Assembly (NCBI GenBank): GCA_900617105.1
Contig: UYFQ01000740.1
Location: forward strand, 1-64,000
Origin: Hydrurus foetidus
Taxonomy: Eukaryota
Direction of reading: 5' to 3'
Length of the DNA: 64,000 nucleotides
A program made the translations under genes and the position numbers. Positions 60,413 to 64,000 of this stretch are shown here, one piece after another. Every line of letters starts with the position of its first letter. Positions within the stretch are counted from its first letter, which is position 1. The notes below the pieces were generated by a model. It did no database searches and was not told the origin of the DNA. It saw only the letters and a program-made list of their open reading frames with translations.

Positions 60413-60935
60413 TTCGGTGATAGATAGCTGAAAAATTGCCTAGTGCAGCACAGGCATTTCACAAATGTCAGCACCAATTCTGAGAAAGATTTTCTCTATG
60501 AAAAAATCCTCTTCTCCTCAATCGCGTTGTCCTCTCAGTTGTTGCGGCGGGGGATTTAAAAAAGGTCCCCAATTATGAACGAATCTAATGTGTTGAGAAG
60601 ATCACAAGCTTTTAAACGCTGAGGATGAGATCGAGATGCTGATGAGGTAAAAAGGCACCGTACCGTATATACGAAGCACCAAAAACGGTATTCAGGTACA
60701 GTTTGCAGTATGTAATTATTCACGGTTCTTGACAAGGACCGTAGTTATAACAAACAATAAATTACCGTGCAACACACAGCTCCCAGCAGAGCGCTCAGCC
60801 CAAAGGGATCAGCATATTTCGCGCGGAAAAAATCGGAACAAATCTTCTCCGATAGTTACCGCTGCACGAAGCGATATAGGCGACGTAGCTACCGTGGGAT
60901 GAGAGCAACCACATACCTGATTAACAGCCCTCAAA

Positions 60936-62276
60936 ATGATGATCAAATTGACTGTTGTCTTCGCCGTCATTGCCTCGGCACTTGGCTTCAACCTGCAGAT
61001 GAAAGCAGGTGAGAAAGCCGTGAACCTATGCAACCTCCGACCTAAATAACCTGCGGTGGATCTGCCTTCAACTGTCGTACCATCGGACTCATCCGCTTCT
61101 CCGAAAGTGATTAATTGATTGCCTCTGAATTCATCTTGCATCAACTACGCATTCTGTACTGCGCAGCTATGCCATCACTGAACAAAGTGGTGTGCGCAGG
61201 CCTCGCTGGTATCTTCGCCTGTGGCAGCATTAACATGCCCGCCCACGCCCTCACAAAAGCTGAGACCATGAGTCTCAGCTACGGACAGGTCAAGGGATCA
61301 GGCCTCGCGAACAGATGCCCCTCCGTCGTAGGCGAGGAGACTATCGCTTTGAGCAATGGCAAACAGTACAAGATCACTGACCTCTGCATCGAGCCAAAGT
61401 CATGGCAGGTCAGCCTGTCAAACTGATGACCAAAGATACTCTGAACGACAAACTCCATATCGTTGCTTTGCTAATGAGATGCGCCTCATTTTTCTGATGG
61501 ACTACGTAGGTCCAGGAGGACGCCCTCCAGAAGGGCAAGACCGAGAAGGAGTACGTCAACACAAAGATGATGACCCGTCAGACATACAGTCTGGACGGCA
61601 TCTCCGGCATTATGGAGCTGAAGGAGGGCAAGGCAGTCTTCACGGAGAAGGACGGTATTGACTATGCCGCGACAACCGTCCAGATGCCTGGAGGCGAGCG
61701 CGTTCCTTTCCTCTTTTCAGTGAAGAACCTGATCGCGACTGGCTCAGACTCAACCATCAAGCCTGGATTCGAGATGGGTGGATCATTCACTGTCCCATCA
61801 TACAGAACTGGCCTTTTCCTTGACCCCAAGGGCCGTGGCACGACTACCGGATACGATTTCGCTGGTGCCCTTCCAGGTCTCCAGAACGGATATGAAGGTG
61901 TCGGAGAGGAGAAGCTCTTCGAGGAGAACAACAAGAAATTCGACGTTCTTTCAGGTGCGCAACGACTACTCAAATGATAAGATGGAACGAACCATTCACT
62001 TAAATACGTAACATCAATTAAAAATAGGAAACATTGAGTTCGCAGTGAACAAGGTAAATGCCGAGGAAGGCGAGTTCGGAGGTGTCTTCGTTTCCAAGCA
62101 GCCAGGTAAAAACTGCGTCAACACGGGTTTTAATGAATGCTATATTAAAAAGAGTGATTATCTAACTACGTCACTCTGCAATCCCCACTACGTCAGGCGA
62201 CACTGACATGGGTGGCAAGAAGCCAAAGAACATCCTTTCCAAGGGCATCTTCTACGGCCACATCGAGCCACTCTAA
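60936..62276 (+). CDS. psbO: photosystem II oxygen-evolving enhancer protein 1, multi-exon
   Basis: Signal peptide ASALG-F; lumenal AHA cleavage site; [48 protein letters not shown]. Confidence 0.97.
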
Positions 62277-62621
62277 ATGCTGACGGATCACCATCTATCC
62301 ACACTCATCCTCCATTCCAAAGGCTCAGATATCCTGCTGTACCACTGCCTTGCATGAAATCAACCGTCCCCTTTTCATAATGCCTTACATAAAGATTTAA
62401 ATCCCAATTATCATCAAAAATGACGATGTCCTCATCTCGTACTGCGCGCAGAAAGTGTGATTGTAACCGGTGCAGCAGTTATGTAAAGGAAAGCAAGATG
62501 ACAAACTTATCAGAAATTGTAGCTGGTGGGCTGCAAGATAGAAAAAGAAAATAGCCTTCATCGGATATACAAATGTGCAGATCATTGTAATAATTTGGCT
62601 AATCAACTACCGTCGCGATGC

Positions 62622-64000
62622 TCAGCCCTCATCCCTTGCACGTTTGCCAGACAATCGAGGTGACTCACTAAGAGCAGTTTCTTCACCATTGACGACCACA
62701 ACAAGGGCTGAAGAAATTGATGGTTCATTCCGAACAGTTCGCAACGAACGTGACTCGAGCAGCGATGTCACTGTCGGATCCTCGTCATCACTGTCACAAT
62801 CCCCGAATAGGTCTTCAGCCGCTACGCCTTCCTTCAGGGGCACTTGGCCTTGTTTCTCATCCTTTATGTCAGGGCCATTCTTCTGCTGCCCCTTGGGACC
62901 CAAAGTGTTCGGACGTACAGTAAGGTACTCATGTCTGTAAGAGTTTGCCGCACCGGAATGCCTCAAAACCTGTCGATGATAGACGATAAGACGACGATGA
63001 AGGATTGCGACCCATAAAGATGTCCATCTGTTAACAAGACGCGCTTAGGCCTCCCTTCGTCTCACCTCTTCTTCATCAAACACGATGGCTCGGAAAGCAG
63101 CGGAATCGATGGGCTGACCCATTTCTTTCAAGAAAGACTTGATCTGTATGACAATCAGATATGAGATGTTGACCAGTGACATGTTATTATGGGATTCTCT
63201 ATGGAGCTGGGTTGCTACCTACCTCACTCGGTTGAGACAATGTCAGGTAAAGTGACTTCATTTGAGAATAGAAGTTGTGTCTATCCACGATAAACAGAGT
63301 CATAGATTCTCGTGTTTCTAAATAGCATCTTACGATCTTATCAACAGCAGAAAAGAGTCATCTTATCTCATATCTTATCGAATCTGACCTGGGAGACTGC
63401 AACGTCCACTGATAGGTTGAGCGCGCTTTCTCCGAGAAACTGGGTAATCCAAGGAGGGAACTTGGACCTCTTGTCCTGTCGGTTATACCGTGAGTCGGCC
63501 AGAACAACAGCTCTGAGCGAAACAGAAGATGAAGGATGGAGGGGGGCTGGTGAGGTGAGCGGAGGTTAGTTGGACTAAAAAGAAGCCAAGTACGGAGTTT
63601 TTCCCCTTAACTTCGGATCTCACCCATAGTCTCTCTTGCTCCTTATGACCCGACCTACGCACTGTGCTGCTTGCCTCAAAGCGTCAAATGTCAAGAAATC
63701 GTTATCACGGATCTGGAAAAGGCCGCACGAAAAGGTCAGAATTGATAGTTAGAGAAGAGCGGGAGGGTGTGGCAAATTAGTCCAATTGCGGGTGAACGAA
63801 AAATCAATTCAATTTAATGGGTCGGGCCGTATGAAATGGAGCCGGGAACGGGAAGCTCTCAACAATAAAGAATATAGAATTCTCAGATAGACAGAGTGAT
63901 CAAGACATTGTGCGCTTGTGGTACCTGATATTTCTCCCTCATGAAGTCCAGCCTCGCTCTCAAGACGTGTGACTTCGTGTACTGATAAGGAATACCGAAT
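62622..64000 (-). CDS. ERCC2: XPD/RAD3 helicase, C-terminal exons (5' part outside the window)
   Basis: [59 protein letters not shown]. Confidence 0.92.

Overview
Eukaryotic nuclear DNA with short GT-AG introns, from a photosynthetic stramenopile (ochrophyte). The evidence is a nuclear psbO with a bipartite signal-plus-ASAF-like presequence and a stramenopile-type H3. In order, the window holds: a frameshifted Ty3/gypsy chromovirus (82-~5300); TE debris; two inverted copies of a plastid-targeted double adenylate kinase, the first apparently spliced in frame to an LrgA/LrgB (PLGG1-like) transporter, enclosing a divergent H4/H3 pair with 3' stem-loops; KATNAL2; a GT92/GT2-like glycosyltransferase; a non-autonomous hAT element with TIRs and an 8-bp TSD; an ADD-preSET-SET methyltransferase; a multi-TM/ankyrin/kinase/TIR protein; a small plastid membrane protein; PNO1; CK2 beta; a WW plus degenerate ABC protein; a 10-Cys Ly6/three-finger-like surface protein; a large ApaH/Ppn2-like metallophosphoesterase; MAK16; NDUFS6; PRP4 kinase; psbO; and the 3' end of XPD. 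The best novelty candidates are the AK-AK-LrgB fusion, the TM-kinase-TIR receptor, the ADD-SET fusion and the LU-like protein. Exon boundaries were read by eye and no database searches were run.
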